Part shown: positions 37,811-48,543 of the stretch, in pieces
Layout: each line of letters opens with the position of its first letter
Numbering within the stretch: position 1 is the stretch's first letter
NCBI GenBank assembly: GCA_050178795.1
Contig: JBFXFT010000004.1
Span: 25,630-89,629 of the forward strand
Direction of reading: 5' to 3'
DNA: 64,000 bases
Source of the DNA: Spirochaetales bacterium
GTDB taxonomy: Bacteria > Bacillota > Clostridia > Christensenellales > UBA1242
Made by a program: the position numbers and the translations under genes
The notes under the pieces: generated by a model
Database searches by the model: none
The model's input: only the letters and a program-made list of their open reading frames with translations
Told to the model about the DNA's origin: nothing

Positions 37811-39343
37811 ATGCTTGCAAAAATTAAGAGTTTCGGTTTAAACGGAATAGATGGTTATTTAGTAGAAGTAGAGGTAGATTTAAACAACGGTCTTCCTAGT
37901 TATGAAACGGTAGGGCTACCAGACACGGCGGTCAAAGAGGGCAAAGAGCGCGTACACTCTGCCATTAAAAATAGCGGTTTTGAGTTTCCAGCCGTTAAAA
38001 TTATTGTCAACTTAGCACCAGCGAACACCAAAAAAGAGGGCTCGCTATATGACCTTGGAATAGCGACAGGCATTTTGTGCGCTACGGGGCAACTCAACAT
38101 TGAGGATGCTAAAAATTACATAATTTTAGGCGAACTTGGGCTAAATGGCGATGTAAGACGTGTAAATGGAGTTTTGCCAATTTTAATAAGTGCTAGGGAA
38201 CAAGGTTACAAAAAAGTAATAATACCGAGTGCAAATAGTTTGGAAGCAAGTTTTATTGCAGGAATGGAAGTTTATGCAGTAAAAAATTTGCAAGAGTTAG
38301 TCAATGTAATTAAAAATATAGACGAATACGAAACAATAAAAATTAACTCATTTGAAAATGTAAAAAATCAAAATTTAACTATAAACGACTTTAAAGATGT
38401 CAAAGGTCAAGCGAGTGCAAAACGCGCACTTGAAATTGCTGCGGCTGGCGGTCATAACGTACTTATGATAGGACCTCCAGGCAGTGGAAAAACTATGCTT
38501 GCAAAGTGTTTTTCAAGCATACTACCAGATATGACTTTTGCAGAAGCCTTAGAGGCGACAAAAATACATTCTATCGCAGGCGTCTTAGATAGTAGCACAG
38601 GCATAATAACAAGTAGACCATTTAGGGCGCCACACCACACGGCTAGCATAGTAGCGCTTACTGGTGGTGGCAAAAACAGTAAACCTGGCGAAATTAGTTT
38701 GGCACACAACGGAGTGTTGTTTTTGGACGAAATGCCAGAATACCCAAGGAGTGCTATTGAAGTTTTAAGGCAACCTTTGGAGGACGGCAAAATTGTTGTC
38801 AGCCGTGCTGCACTTACTGCTGAGTATCCATCAAGGTTTACTCTTATTGCAAGTATGAACCCTTGTCCTTGCGGTTATTATGGCAGCAAAAAACATTCTT
38901 GCCGTTGTACACCAAGTCAAATTCATAGGTATTTAAATAAACTAAGCGGACCACTTATGGACAGGATTGATTTACACATAGAAGTAGACAGTGTGGAGTA
39001 TACTGACCTAAAAAGTACAAGGGAAGAAGAACCGTCTTCAAGTATAAAAAAGAGGGTGGACTTTGCAAGGAAGATTCAAACAGAACGCTATAAAAACAGC
39101 AAAATTCACAACAATGCCTCTATGACGCAAAGCCAATTTAAAAAGTACTGTATTCTAGACGAAGAGGGAGAAAAACTTTTAAAAGGTGCTTTTGAAAGTT
39201 TAAATTTAAGTGCTAGGGCACATAACAGAATTTTAAAAGTGGCAAGAACTATTGCCGATTTAGAGGGCAGCGAAGACATTAAGTTAGAACATTTAGCGGA
39301 GGCAATACAATATAGGTCACTAGACCGCAAATATTTTGTATAA
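37811..39343 (+). CDS. comM: Mg-chelatase-like AAA+ protein ComM/YifB
   Basis: GGAG SD before ATG 37811. Lon-like N-domain, GPPGSGKTMLA, GVLFLDEMPEY, CPCGYYGS..CRC. Confidence 0.9.
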   Translation: MLAKIKSFGLNGIDGYLVEVEVDLNNGLPSYETVGLPDTAVKEGKERVHSAIKNSGFEFPAVKIIVNLAPANTKKEGSLYDLGIATGILCATGQLNIEDAKNYIILGELGLNGDVRRVNGVLPILISAREQGYKKVIIPSANSLEASFIAGMEVYAVKNLQELVNVIKNIDEYETIKINSFENVKNQNLTINDFKDVKGQASAKRALEIAAAGGHNVLMIGPPGSGKTMLAKCFSSILPDMTFAEALEATKIHSIAGVLDSSTGIITSRPFRAPHHTASIVALTGGGKNSKPGEISLAHNGVLFLDEMPEYPRSAIEVLRQPLEDGKIVVSRAALTAEYPSRFTLIASMNPCPCGYYGSKKHSCRCTPSQIHRYLNKLSGPLMDRIDLHIEVDSVEYTDLKSTREEEPSSSIKKRVDFARKIQTERYKNSKIHNNASMTQSQFKKYCILDEEGEKLLKGAFESLNLSARAHNRILKVARTIADLEGSEDIKLEHLAEAIQYRSLDRKYFV

Positions 39344-39355
39344 TAGGGAGGAAAT

Positions 39356-40447
39356 ATGTTTACAAAAGATGAAAAAGCAATAATTTGGCTAGACATTTTT
39401 GATAATTTAACAATAAAACGCAAGTATGAATTGTTGAATATGTATGCCTCTCCAAAAGAGTTATTTGCAAACTTTAAAAACGACTTTAATAAAGTAAAAA
39501 GTATTTTAGAGGCAGACGAATTTAATAAAATGGCTTATGCCTTAGATGAAAATTTTATTGACAAGCAAATTTTTGAATATGAAAAAATAAAAGTAAGTTT
39601 AGTTACTTTGTTTTCTAAAGAATATCCAAACTTATTAAAGGAAACGGCAACTCCTCCGTTAGTTTTATATTGCCGTGGAGACTTGTCGCTATTAAATAGC
39701 GAGTGTTTAGCTGTTGTAGGAACAAGAAGGGCAACGAGGTATGGCAAAAAGGTTACCGAGAGTTTTGTAAAAGAATTAGCGTTAAATGGCTTTACAATAG
39801 TTAGCGGTTTAGCAGATGGAATAGACACGATAGCGCATAGAACAGCACTTGAAAATGGTGGCAAAACGATTGCAGTTTTAGGTGGTGGGGTAGACCAAAT
39901 TTACCCTTATGCAAATGTCGGTTTAAGTAGAGAAGTTGTGGCAAAAGGGCTATTAATTAGCGAATATAAGCCAGACCAAAAACCAGCAGGCTTTCATTTT
40001 CCTGTCCGCAATAGGATTATTGCGGGAATAAGTAAAGGAGTGCTAATTACAGAGGCTGGCGAAAAAAGCGGTTCTATGCATACAAAAGAGTACGCAATAG
40101 AGGCAGGAAGAGACCTATTTGTAGTTCCTGGAAATATTGACAGCACAGCAAGTGCTGGCTGCAATCAAATAATTAAAAGTTTGCAAGGCGCTATGGTTAC
40201 AAGTGCGGACGACATTTTAGAAAATTACGGCAAAACAAACAGTTATAAGGGCGTACTTTCTAGACCAAGTTTGCAACTAACTATGGACGAGCAAATTATA
40301 ATAAACATAATAGGAAATGAAGAGTGTCATTATGACGAACTTTTAGAAAAAACAAACTTTGACACTAAAACCCTTAACAGTTTGTTGACAACTATGCAAG
40401 TTCGTGGAATAATAAAAAAATTGCCAGGCAATTTATATGAAGTGTAA
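39356..40447 (+). CDS. dprA: DNA processing protein DprA (Smf)
   Basis: VVGTRRATRYG, SGLADGIDTIAH, C-terminal winged helix. Confidence 0.9.
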   Translation: MFTKDEKAIIWLDIFDNLTIKRKYELLNMYASPKELFANFKNDFNKVKSILEADEFNKMAYALDENFIDKQIFEYEKIKVSLVTLFSKEYPNLLKETATPPLVLYCRGDLSLLNSECLAVVGTRRATRYGKKVTESFVKELALNGFTIVSGLADGIDTIAHRTALENGGKTIAVLGGGVDQIYPYANVGLSREVVAKGLLISEYKPDQKPAGFHFPVRNRIIAGISKGVLITEAGEKSGSMHTKEYAIEAGRDLFVVPGNIDSTASAGCNQIIKSLQGAMVTSADDILENYGKTNSYKGVLSRPSLQLTMDEQIIINIIGNEECHYDELLEKTNFDTKTLNSLLTTMQVRGIIKKLPGNLYEV

Positions 40448-40463
40448 AAATAAAGGAGAATAA

Positions 40464-42596
40464 ATGAATTTAGTTATTATAGAAGGTGCAGGTAAAAAAG
40501 ATACAATAAAAAAATATTTGGGAAGTAACTATACCGTTTTTGCAACAAAAGGACATGTAAGAGACTTGCCTTCAAAGACCTTGTCAGTAGATATTAAGGG
40601 CGATTTTTCGCCACGTTATGCAATTATGCCAGACAAAAAAGACATAATTAAACAATTAAAAGAAAAGGCCTCTAAGGCAGATAAAATTTATCTTGCTTCC
40701 GACCCAGATAGAGAAGGAGAGGCCATTGCATGGCACGTCGCTTATGTTTTAGACATACCAAAAGACGAAAAATGCAGGGTAGTATTTAACGAAATTAGTA
40801 AAAAAGCCATTGAAGAGGCACTAAAGCACCCAAGGGCAATAGACCAAAAGTTGGTAGACGCCCAACAAGCAAGGCGCGTACTTGACCGCATAGTTGGCTA
40901 TACATTATCTCCAATTATAAGTAACAAAATACAACCAAAACTTAGCGCAGGTAGGGTGCAAAGCGTTGCACTTAAACTACTTGTAGATAGAGAAAAGGAA
41001 ATTTTGGCTTTTAAACCGCAAGAGTATTGGTTAATAAACGCACTACTTGAAAAAAGCGGTCAAAAACCAACTTTTAAGGCTTTACTTGCTACATATAAAG
41101 GCAAAAAAGCAAATGTAGCAAATGAAGAAGAAGCAAATGAAGTATTTAACAATTTAAAAAATGCAAAATTTACAGTAAATAAAGTAGCAAAAAAGGTACT
41201 TAAAGTTCACGCTCCAGCACCTTTTACTACGAGCACAATGCAACAAGACGCTCTAAACAAATTGGGTATGGACTTAAAGCGCACTACACAAGTTTCTCAA
41301 AACTTGTATGAGGGTGTTAATTTGCCAGAGGGTAAAACCGCTCTTGTAACCTACATAAGGACAGACTCTACAAGGGTAAGTGCTGACGCCATTAAAATGG
41401 TAAGAGAGCACATTGAGACCGTTTATGGCAAGAACTATTTGCCAGCAAAACCTAACTATTATGCCCAAAAAGAGTTGACGCAAGACGCCCACGAGGCAAT
41501 TAGACCAATCAATATGGACGTTAAGCCAGAAGAGATTAAAAAATATGTAACTTCTGACCAATATAAACTTTATAAATTAATATACGAGCGCTTTTTGGCG
41601 AGCCAAATGATAGAGGCTGAATATGATAGCGTAATTGCAGATATTGAAGCAAATAGTTACATTTTAAAAGTTACAGGCAAGGCTGTAAAATTTTTGGGCT
41701 ACACGGCAGCCTACAAAAACTATTTGACCGAAGATGAGGAAGAAGAGGAAAAAGGCAGCAACATAAAACTACCTGAACTTAACGAGGGTGACATTTTAAA
41801 TTTACTAGACATATTGAAGGAACAAAAGTTTACAAAACCACCTCAAAGGTATACCGAGGCAATGCTAGTAAAAGCGATGGAAGAAAAAGGCATAGGAAGA
41901 CCAGCGACTTATACGCCTACAATTACTACGCTTGCAACTAGAAAATATACAGAAAAAGACGGCAAAAAACTAAAACCAACCGAACTTGGTATGGTAGTTA
42001 CAGATATGCTTGAAAAGTACTTTTCAGACATAGTAGATGTTGACTTTACAGCGAGAATGGAAAAGCGCTTAGATGACGTTTCAGAAGATGGAATAGACTG
42101 GAAAGAAGACGTAATTGCAAAGTTCTATCATTGGTTTGAAAAATTAATTAAAAAAGCAGGGCAAGAAGCGCCAAAAGTTAAATTAGAACCAGTTGTTAGC
42201 GATGTTATTTGCGATAAATGCGGTGCAAACATGGTAATAAAAGAGGGTAAGTATGGCAAATTTTTGGCTTGCCCAAATTATCCAACTTGTAAAAATATTA
42301 AGAGTCTTCAAAAAGAGGAAGAAAAACCAGTGGCAAAGTGCCCAGATTGTGGTAAACCAGTATACGCAAGAAAGAGTAGGACTGGAAGGGTATTTTATGG
42401 CTGTTCTGGTTACCCAGATTGCAAATTTATATCTTGGGGTATTCCGTTAGAGGAAAAATGCCCAGATTGCGGACACTATTTGACAAGACAAGAAAACAAA
42501 AACGAGTTTGTAGTTAGATGTAGCAATGAAGAATGTACCTATAAAAGAGTAGAGCCAAAGCCTAAAAAAGAGGCAAGTGGTGAGGAAAATGAATAA
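40464..42596 (+). CDS. topA: DNA topoisomerase I
   Basis: TOPRIM (DPDREGEAIAWH), active-site YIRTDSTR, three C-terminal C4 zinc ribbons. Confidence 0.95.
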   Translation: MNLVIIEGAGKKDTIKKYLGSNYTVFATKGHVRDLPSKTLSVDIKGDFSPRYAIMPDKKDIIKQLKEKASKADKIYLASDPDREGEAIAWHVAYVLDIPKDEKCRVVFNEISKKAIEEALKHPRAIDQKLVDAQQARRVLDRIVGYTLSPIISNKIQPKLSAGRVQSVALKLLVDREKEILAFKPQEYWLINALLEKSGQKPTFKALLATYKGKKANVANEEEANEVFNNLKNAKFTVNKVAKKVLKVHAPAPFTTSTMQQDALNKLGMDLKRTTQVSQNLYEGVNLPEGKTALVTYIRTDSTRVSADAIKMVREHIETVYGKNYLPAKPNYYAQKELTQDAHEAIRPINMDVKPEEIKKYVTSDQYKLYKLIYERFLASQMIEAEYDSVIADIEANSYILKVTGKAVKFLGYTAAYKNYLTEDEEEEEKGSNIKLPELNEGDILNLLDILKEQKFTKPPQRYTEAMLVKAMEEKGIGRPATYTPTITTLATRKYTEKDGKKLKPTELGMVVTDMLEKYFSDIVDVDFTARMEKRLDDVSEDGIDWKEDVIAKFYHWFEKLIKKAGQEAPKVKLEPVVSDVICDKCGANMVIKEGKYGKFLACPNYPTCKNIKSLQKEEEKPVAKCPDCGKPVYARKSRTGRVFYGCSGYPDCKFISWGIPLEEKCPDCGHYLTRQENKNEFVVRCSNEECTYKRVEPKPKKEASGEENE

Positions 42597-43908
42597 CAAG
42601 ATAGTAAATGTAATAGGCGCTGGGCTTGCAGGCTCAGAGGCCAGTTATCAACTTGCTAAGCGTGGCATAAAAGTTAATCTATACGAAATGAAGCCAACTA
42701 ATTTTACGCCAGCACACAAAAATCAAAACTTTGCAGAACTTGTTTGTAGCAATAGTCTTCGCTCTAACGACCCACTAAATGCAGCAGGGTTATTAAAGGA
42801 AGAATTGAGGCTTTTAGATAGTTTAGTAATAAGAGTTGCAGACAAGGTAAGCGTTCCTGCTGGAAGTTCTTTGGCGGTAGATAGAGGCGCCTTTAGTAAG
42901 GCAATAACCGACGAACTAAAAAGCAATAAAAACATAACCATAATAAACGAAAAAGTTAACAAAATTGATGTAAGTGTACCTACAATAATAGCGACAGGTC
43001 CACTTACAACAGACGAACTAAGCCAAAATTTAAAAGAATTATTTGGGCAAGATTACTTGTACTTTTTTGACGCAATAGCACCAATAGTATCAGATGAAAG
43101 TATAGACAAAACAAAATCATTTTTTAAAGACCGCTACGATAAGGGAAAAAACGGTGGCGACTATTTAAACTGCCCTATGAATAAAGCGGAGTATGACCTA
43201 TTTTATAAAGAACTTATAAGTGCAAAAACCATTGAACTTAAAGACTTTGAAAACGACAAGGTTTTTGAGGGTTGTATGCCAGTTGAAGTTATGGCAAAAA
43301 GGGGCGAAAAGGCACTACTATTTGGTCCATTAAAACCTGTTGGGCTATCTCACCCTGAAACTGGCGAAAAATATTATGCAATCGTGCAATTACGAAAAGA
43401 AAATACGCTAAACGAGTTATATAATTTGGTAGGCTTTCAAACAAACTTAAATTTTGCAGAGCAAAAAAGGGTGTTTAGTTTAATACCTGCACTTAAAAAT
43501 GCAGAGTTTGTGCGCTATGGAATTATGCACAGGAACACTTTTGTAAATGCACCAGCAGTTTTAAACAAATTTTATCAAGTAAAAAAATATAGTAACTTGT
43601 TTTTGGCAGGTCAGTTAAGTGGGGTTGAGGGCTACATAGAGAGCATATCAAGTGGACTTTACTGCGCCATAAATATGGCAAACCACATAAAAAACAAACC
43701 ATTTGTTGAGTTTAGCGCTAAGACCTGTATGGGCGCAATGCCAAACTATATGGTAAACGCTAGTCCAACAAATTTTCAACCTATGAATATTAATTTTGGA
43801 ATAGTTGAAGATATGGGGCAAAATATAAAAGATAAAAACACTAGACGCAAATTAATTTATGAGCGTTCTATTGCGGAAATAAAAGAAAAAATAAAGGAAG
43901 GTGAATAA
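42589..43908 (+). CDS. trmFO: methylenetetrahydrofolate--tRNA-(uracil54-C5)-methyltransferase TrmFO
   Basis: [15 protein letters not shown] motif. ATG 42589 after GGTGAGGAAA, 8-nt overlap with topA. Confidence 0.9.
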   Translation: MNNKIVNVIGAGLAGSEASYQLAKRGIKVNLYEMKPTNFTPAHKNQNFAELVCSNSLRSNDPLNAAGLLKEELRLLDSLVIRVADKVSVPAGSSLAVDRGAFSKAITDELKSNKNITIINEKVNKIDVSVPTIIATGPLTTDELSQNLKELFGQDYLYFFDAIAPIVSDESIDKTKSFFKDRYDKGKNGGDYLNCPMNKAEYDLFYKELISAKTIELKDFENDKVFEGCMPVEVMAKRGEKALLFGPLKPVGLSHPETGEKYYAIVQLRKENTLNELYNLVGFQTNLNFAEQKRVFSLIPALKNAEFVRYGIMHRNTFVNAPAVLNKFYQVKKYSNLFLAGQLSGVEGYIESISSGLYCAINMANHIKNKPFVEFSAKTCMGAMPNYMVNASPTNFQPMNINFGIVEDMGQNIKDKNTRRKLIYERSIAEIKEKIKEGE

Positions 43909-43913
43909 AAATT

Positions 43914-44450
43914 ATGAATCAATTTGAAGGAACGACAATAGTAGCCGTTAAAAGAGACGGCAAAACAGCAATTGCTGGAGACGGACAAGTAACATTTGGT
44001 CAAAACACCATTATGAAGAATAATGCAATAAAAGTTCGCAGAATTTATGACGACAAAGTCGTAATAGGTTTTGCAGGCGGAGTTGCAGATGCTTTTAGTT
44101 TGAGTGCAAGGTTTGAAGAGATGTTATACAAATTTTCGGGCAACCTTATGAGAAGCGCGGTCGAATTAGCGCTTGCTTTTAGGACGGACGAAATTTTAAG
44201 AAAATTAGAGGCTATGATGATAGTAGCAGACAGCGAAAAACTATTAATCATAAGTGGAAATGGCGAAGTAATAGAGCCAGAAAACGGCATTTGTGCCATT
44301 GGAAGTGGTGGAAACTATGCCTACGCTAGCGCAAAAGCGTTAGTTGAAAACACAACGCTTTCTGCAAAAGAAATTGCAGAAAAAGCAATATCAATAGCAG
44401 GTGATATTTGTGTATTTACAAATCATCACATCACAATAGAGGAGGTGTAA
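43914..44450 (+). CDS. hslV: ATP-dependent protease subunit HslV
   Basis: [11 protein letters not shown] with the catalytic N-terminal Thr after a propeptide. Confidence 0.95.
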   Translation: MNQFEGTTIVAVKRDGKTAIAGDGQVTFGQNTIMKNNAIKVRRIYDDKVVIGFAGGVADAFSLSARFEEMLYKFSGNLMRSAVELALAFRTDEILRKLEAMMIVADSEKLLIISGNGEVIEPENGICAIGSGGNYAYASAKALVENTTLSAKEIAEKAISIAGDICVFTNHHITIEEV

Positions 44451-44452
44451 AA

Positions 44453-45754
44453 ATGAATTTATCACCAAAACAAATAGTAAAAGAACTTGACGAATACATA
44501 ATAGGTCAAGACGAGGCAAAAAGAGCCGTTGCAATAGCGCTTAGAAACCGTTATAGACGCAGTAAATTAAATGAAGAACTAAGGGAAGAAATTACGCCTA
44601 AAAACATAATTATGAAAGGTCCTACAGGCGTAGGTAAAACAGAAATTGCGCGTAGGCTTGCAAAATTAGTAAAGGCACCTTTTGTAAAGGTTGAAGCAAC
44701 TAAGTTTACAGAAGTTGGCTATGTTGGACGCGATGTTGAAAGTATGATTCGCGACCTAGTAGAAGTAGCAGTAAGACTGGTAAAAGAAGAAAAGTTGCAA
44801 GAAGTTGCAGTAAAGACAACTGAAATTGTAAATAAACGACTATTTGACATTATTTACCCTTTAAAAAAGGAAGTAGACATTCCAGCAGAGACTCAACACG
44901 AGCAAATTATGCAAAATTTAATTAACGGCAAATATGACGAAGAAATGATAGAACTTGATGTTGTAGATAGCCCAAAACCAGTAGAACTTATGCCAGGCAT
45001 GGAAGCGGTAAGCATAGGCAACATTTTTGGCGGTATGCTACCACAAAAGAAAAAGCATAAAAAAGTTACGGTTGCAAACGCAAGAAAAATGCTACAAGCA
45101 GAGGAGAGTGCAAAACTTATTGACCTAGACAGTGTAAACGAAGAGGCAATAAGGCGTGCAGAGCAAGAGGGCATAGTATTTATTGACGAAATAGACAAAA
45201 TAGCTGCAAAGGGCAGTCACAATGGACCAGATGTTAGCCGAGAGGGCGTACAAAGGGACATTTTGCCATTCGTTGAGGGTTGTACTGTAAACACTAAGTA
45301 CGGCATTTTGAAGACAGATCACATTTTGTTTATTGCCGCAGGTGCTTTCCACATTGCAAAACTAGAGGACTTGATACCAGAATTTCAAGGTAGGTTTCCA
45401 ATCAGGGTAGAACTTAAAAACCTAACCAAAGAAGACTTTATTAAAATTTTGGAAGAGCCAAGAAACGCAATAACTCTTCAATATATTGAACTACTAAAAG
45501 TAGACAATATAGACCTAACATTTACTAAGGACGCACTAGAAAAAATTGCAGAAATAGCAGAAAAAGAAAACGATACGTCAGAAAACATAGGCGCAAGAAG
45601 GCTACATACCATTATGGAATTAGTGCTAGAAGACATATCCTTTAACGCAAGTGGCGACCACCCAGAAATGCAAGTAGTAATAGACAAAGCCTACATTGAC
45701 AAGGCTTTAAAGACTACTATTAAAAAGTATGACCTAACCAAATACGTTTTGTAG
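44453..45754 (+). CDS. hslU: ATP-dependent protease ATPase subunit HslU
   Basis: GGAGG SD before ATG 44453. GPTGVGKTEIARRLA, GIVFIDEIDKI. Confidence 0.95.
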   Translation: MNLSPKQIVKELDEYIIGQDEAKRAVAIALRNRYRRSKLNEELREEITPKNIIMKGPTGVGKTEIARRLAKLVKAPFVKVEATKFTEVGYVGRDVESMIRDLVEVAVRLVKEEKLQEVAVKTTEIVNKRLFDIIYPLKKEVDIPAETQHEQIMQNLINGKYDEEMIELDVVDSPKPVELMPGMEAVSIGNIFGGMLPQKKKHKKVTVANARKMLQAEESAKLIDLDSVNEEAIRRAEQEGIVFIDEIDKIAAKGSHNGPDVSREGVQRDILPFVEGCTVNTKYGILKTDHILFIAAGAFHIAKLEDLIPEFQGRFPIRVELKNLTKEDFIKILEEPRNAITLQYIELLKVDNIDLTFTKDALEKIAEIAEKENDTSENIGARRLHTIMELVLEDISFNASGDHPEMQVVIDKAYIDKALKTTIKKYDLTKYVL

Positions 45755-45882
45755 GCTTTAATTAGCACAATTATTCCGTTTACTACACGGCTGTTGTCAA
45801 ACAGTCGTGTATTATTGTATACACTCCTGCTTGAACAAAACCGTGTGAGCCTAATACTTGCACCAATTAAAGCCTACAAAAC
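45746..45882 (+). repeat. structured repeat, full copy 4 (subfamily B)
   Basis: 5' arm 45746-45763 is the hslU last codons plus TAG; perfect 18-nt complement at 45865-45882; CGTTTACT 45777-45784; CTCCTGCTT 45824-45832; GAGCCTAA 45847-45854; no T-run. Confidence 0.9.
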
Positions 45883-45889
45883 AAGTGCA

Positions 45890-45913
45890 CTTACTAAAAT
45901 TAAAACTTTTTTT
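45890..45913 (+). repeat. 3' tail fragment of the structured repeat (copy 4b)
   Basis: cttactaaaattaaaacttttttt shares aaaattaaaacttttt with 11833-11848. Confidence 0.55.
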
Positions 45914-45961
45914 GGGCGTCAAGTATGTTTTTAGGTAGTTTTAATAATATAAGTTGAAAGA

Positions 45962-45990
45962 TTGACCTTTAAACTGGCTTTTGCTATAAT
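45962..45990 (+). promoter_or_regulatory. near-consensus promoter for hisS
   Basis: TTGACC, 17 nt, TATAAT. Confidence 0.7.
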
Positions 45991-46020
45991 GAAATCATAT
46001 AAAATTTGAGTGGAGAAAGT

Positions 46021-47298
46021 ATGAAAGGACAAATTATTACTGCACAAAAAGGTACGAAGGATGTTTTACCTAACGAGAGTTACAAGTGGCACTACTTAGA
46101 AGACAAAATTAAAGAGGTAACACGCCTTTACAATATTAAGGAAGTTCGCACCCCAATGTTTGAGGCGACCGAACTATTTTTGCGCGGTGTTGGTGATAGC
46201 ACAGACATAGTAAATAAAGAGATGTATACCTTTTTAGACAAAGGCGATAGAAGCATAACCCTAAAACCAGAGGGTACTGCTGGCGTCGTAAGAAGTTATA
46301 TTGAAAACGGCTTATTTAACGAGCCTCAACCAATTAAATGCTATTATGTGAGTTCAATTTTCAGGTATGAAAGACCACAAAAAGGTAGACTTCGCGAGCA
46401 TCATCAATTTGGCATAGAATACTTTGGTTCAAATAGTCCACTTGCCGATGCAGAAGTAATTATGGTAGCAGTTGACTTTATTAAAAGTTTTGGCATAAAA
46501 AATGTAAGCGTAAACATTAACAGCATAGGAAACGAAGGTGATAGAGAAAACTATAAGGCGAAATTAAGAGACTATTTTAAAAATCAACTAAATGATTTAT
46601 GCTCTGATTGCCAAAACAGATATAACACAAATGTATTAAGGCTACTTGACTGCAAAGTAGATATGGAAAAGGAAGTTGTAAAGAACGCTCCAAGCATATT
46701 AAATAGTTTAAGTGAAGAGAGCATGAGACATTTTGAAGCGGTTAAAAAAGAACTCACTGTTAAAGATATAAAATATACAGTTAACGATAAAATTGTAAGA
46801 GGACTAGACTATTACACTGGAACAGTTTTTGAAATTATAGGGGACGACATTGAGGGTCCAAGCAAAGTTATTTGCGGTGGCGGTCGTTATAATAATTTGG
46901 TTGAAGAACTTGGCGGAAAGCCTGAACCAGCAGTTGGTTTTGGTATGGGCTTAGAGCGCGTACTTATGTTACTTGACGAGTTTAAAATAAGCATTCCAGA
47001 GCCAGCAGGCGTTGATGTTTATGTAATAAGTAGCGATAAGGTTGTAAACGCTCTTGAAGTTGCAAACGAACTTCGTGAAAGAGGTGTGAGTGCAGAAGTT
47101 GATCTACTTGAGAGGGGTTTAAACGCCCAATTAAACTACGCAAATAAAATAGGTGCTAAGTTTGTAATGTTTGCAAGCGATAATAGTTTTATTGAATTAA
47201 AAAATATGAAAAATGGCGTACAAGAGCCAATGACCTTTGAAGAGGCTGTTGAATTTATAAAATTTGGCAAAAGAAAAGCAAAGTATATAATGGCGTAA
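46021..47298 (+). CDS. hisS: histidine--tRNA ligase
   Basis: Motif 2 FRYERPQKGRLREHHQ, motif 3 GGGRYNNL...GFGMGLER. ATG 46021 after GGAGAAAG. Confidence 0.95.
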   Translation: MKGQIITAQKGTKDVLPNESYKWHYLEDKIKEVTRLYNIKEVRTPMFEATELFLRGVGDSTDIVNKEMYTFLDKGDRSITLKPEGTAGVVRSYIENGLFNEPQPIKCYYVSSIFRYERPQKGRLREHHQFGIEYFGSNSPLADAEVIMVAVDFIKSFGIKNVSVNINSIGNEGDRENYKAKLRDYFKNQLNDLCSDCQNRYNTNVLRLLDCKVDMEKEVVKNAPSILNSLSEESMRHFEAVKKELTVKDIKYTVNDKIVRGLDYYTGTVFEIIGDDIEGPSKVICGGGRYNNLVEELGGKPEPAVGFGMGLERVLMLLDEFKISIPEPAGVDVYVISSDKVVNALEVANELRERGVSAEVDLLERGLNAQLNYANKIGAKFVMFASDNSFIELKNMKNGVQEPMTFEEAVEFIKFGKRKAKYIMA

Positions 47299-47302
47299 AT
47301 TT

Positions 47303-47977
47303 ATGGGTTTTGAAGAGAGAACAAAATTGGTTTTAGGCGACGAAGCCATTGAAAAATTAAAAAATGCTAAAGTCATTGTATTTGGCGTTGGTGGCGTTGG
47401 TGGCTATGTGTGTGAAATGCTTACTCGTACAGGAGTAGGCAGTTTAACCATTGTAGACTTTGACACGGTTTCTGTTAGCAACCTAAATAGGCAAATAATT
47501 GCACTAACTTCCACTTTAGGCAAGAAAAAAGTTGAAGTAATGCAAAATAGGCTAAAAGACATCAATCCAAGTTTAAATTTATTGGCGTTAGATAAAAAAT
47601 TTAGTGCCGAGACAAAAGAGTTTTTTAAATTACAAAACTATGACTATGTTGTTGACGCAATAGACATTTTAGACAATAAAATTGACTTAATTGCCTATGC
47701 CAAAGAGTTAAATGTTAAAATTATAAGTGCTATGGGCGCAGGTAACAGGGGCGGTATTCCTCACTTTGAAGTGGTTGACATATTTAAAACGAGTTACGAT
47801 AGTTTGGCAAAAAAGGTGCGTAAACTACTAAAAGATAGAGGCGTAAATAATTTGACTGTTGTTTATACAAAGGAACCTCCACAAAAATTAAAGCCAGTTG
47901 GCAGTGTGGTTTATTACCCAGCCATGTGTGGAACGGTGTTAGCCGCAAAAGTTATTAACAACATAATTAGTGGTTAA
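47303..47977 (+). CDS. tcdA: ThiF/HesA-family protein, likely tRNA threonylcarbamoyladenosine dehydratase
   Basis: GVGGVGGYVCEML nucleotide-binding loop; 224 aa. Confidence 0.7.
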   Translation: MGFEERTKLVLGDEAIEKLKNAKVIVFGVGGVGGYVCEMLTRTGVGSLTIVDFDTVSVSNLNRQIIALTSTLGKKKVEVMQNRLKDINPSLNLLALDKKFSAETKEFFKLQNYDYVVDAIDILDNKIDLIAYAKELNVKIISAMGAGNRGGIPHFEVVDIFKTSYDSLAKKVRKLLKDRGVNNLTVVYTKEPPQKLKPVGSVVYYPAMCGTVLAAKVINNIISG

Positions 47978-48007
47978 AAAATAGTTATAAATTTATAATT
48001 ATTTTGC

Positions 48008-48036
48008 TTGACTATTTAAAATGTATATGCTAAAAT
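48008..48036 (+). promoter_or_regulatory. promoter for trxA
   Basis: TTGACT, 17 nt, TAAAAT. Confidence 0.6.
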
Positions 48037-48081
48037 AAGCACGATTTAATAATATTTTATTTTAATAATAAGGAGAAAATT

Positions 48082-48405
48082 ATGACAAAACCAATTTATG
48101 TAACAGATGCAAACTTTCACGAAGTAGTTTTACATAGCGAAAAACCAGTACTAGTAGACTTTTATGCTGATTGGTGCGGACCTTGCAAAATGATTGCCCC
48201 AATTTTGGAGGAAGTTGCAAACGAACTAGGCGATAAGGCTATTATTGCAAAACTAAATGTAGACCAAAACCCATATACCGCAAGGAGTTATATGGTAATG
48301 AGTATTCCAACAATGATTTTATTTAAAAACGGCGAGATGGAAGAAAAACTAATAGGTTTACGTCCAAAAAATATGCTACTTGAAATGATTAACAATCATC
48401 TATAA
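48082..48405 (+). CDS. trxA: thioredoxin
   Basis: WCGPC active site; 107 aa. Confidence 0.95.
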   Translation: MTKPIYVTDANFHEVVLHSEKPVLVDFYADWCGPCKMIAPILEEVANELGDKAIIAKLNVDQNPYTARSYMVMSIPTMILFKNGEMEEKLIGLRPKNMLLEMINNHL

Positions 48406-48414
48406 AAACAAATT

Positions 48415-48440
48415 AAAGCCGAGTAATTGCTCGGTTTTTT
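48415..48440 (+). terminator. intrinsic terminator after trxA
   Basis: agccgag-taattg-ctcggt followed by ttttt. Confidence 0.75.
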
Positions 48441-48470
48441 GTTGTCAAAAATTTATATGCATTATTACTG

Positions 48471-48499
48471 TTGACAGTGCCTTTTTTGTGTGATATCAT
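48471..48499 (+). promoter_or_regulatory. promoter for the iscR-nifS-nifU operon
   Basis: TTGACA, 17 nt, TATCAT. Confidence 0.55.
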
Positions 48500-48543
48500 A
48501 TTCAATATCAGACCATATTGGTAGGAATTAAAGGAGGTTATTT

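Noticed and set aside
42253-42450. 65-aa plus-strand ORF inside the topA zinc-ribbon region
   Set aside because: It is an alternative frame within a continuous, motif-rich topA reading frame.
45884-46020. T-box or other leader upstream of hisS
   Set aside because: Only about 30 nt separate the near-consensus promoter (45962-45990) from the start codon. That leaves no room for a T-box, and no specifier or T-box sequence is present.
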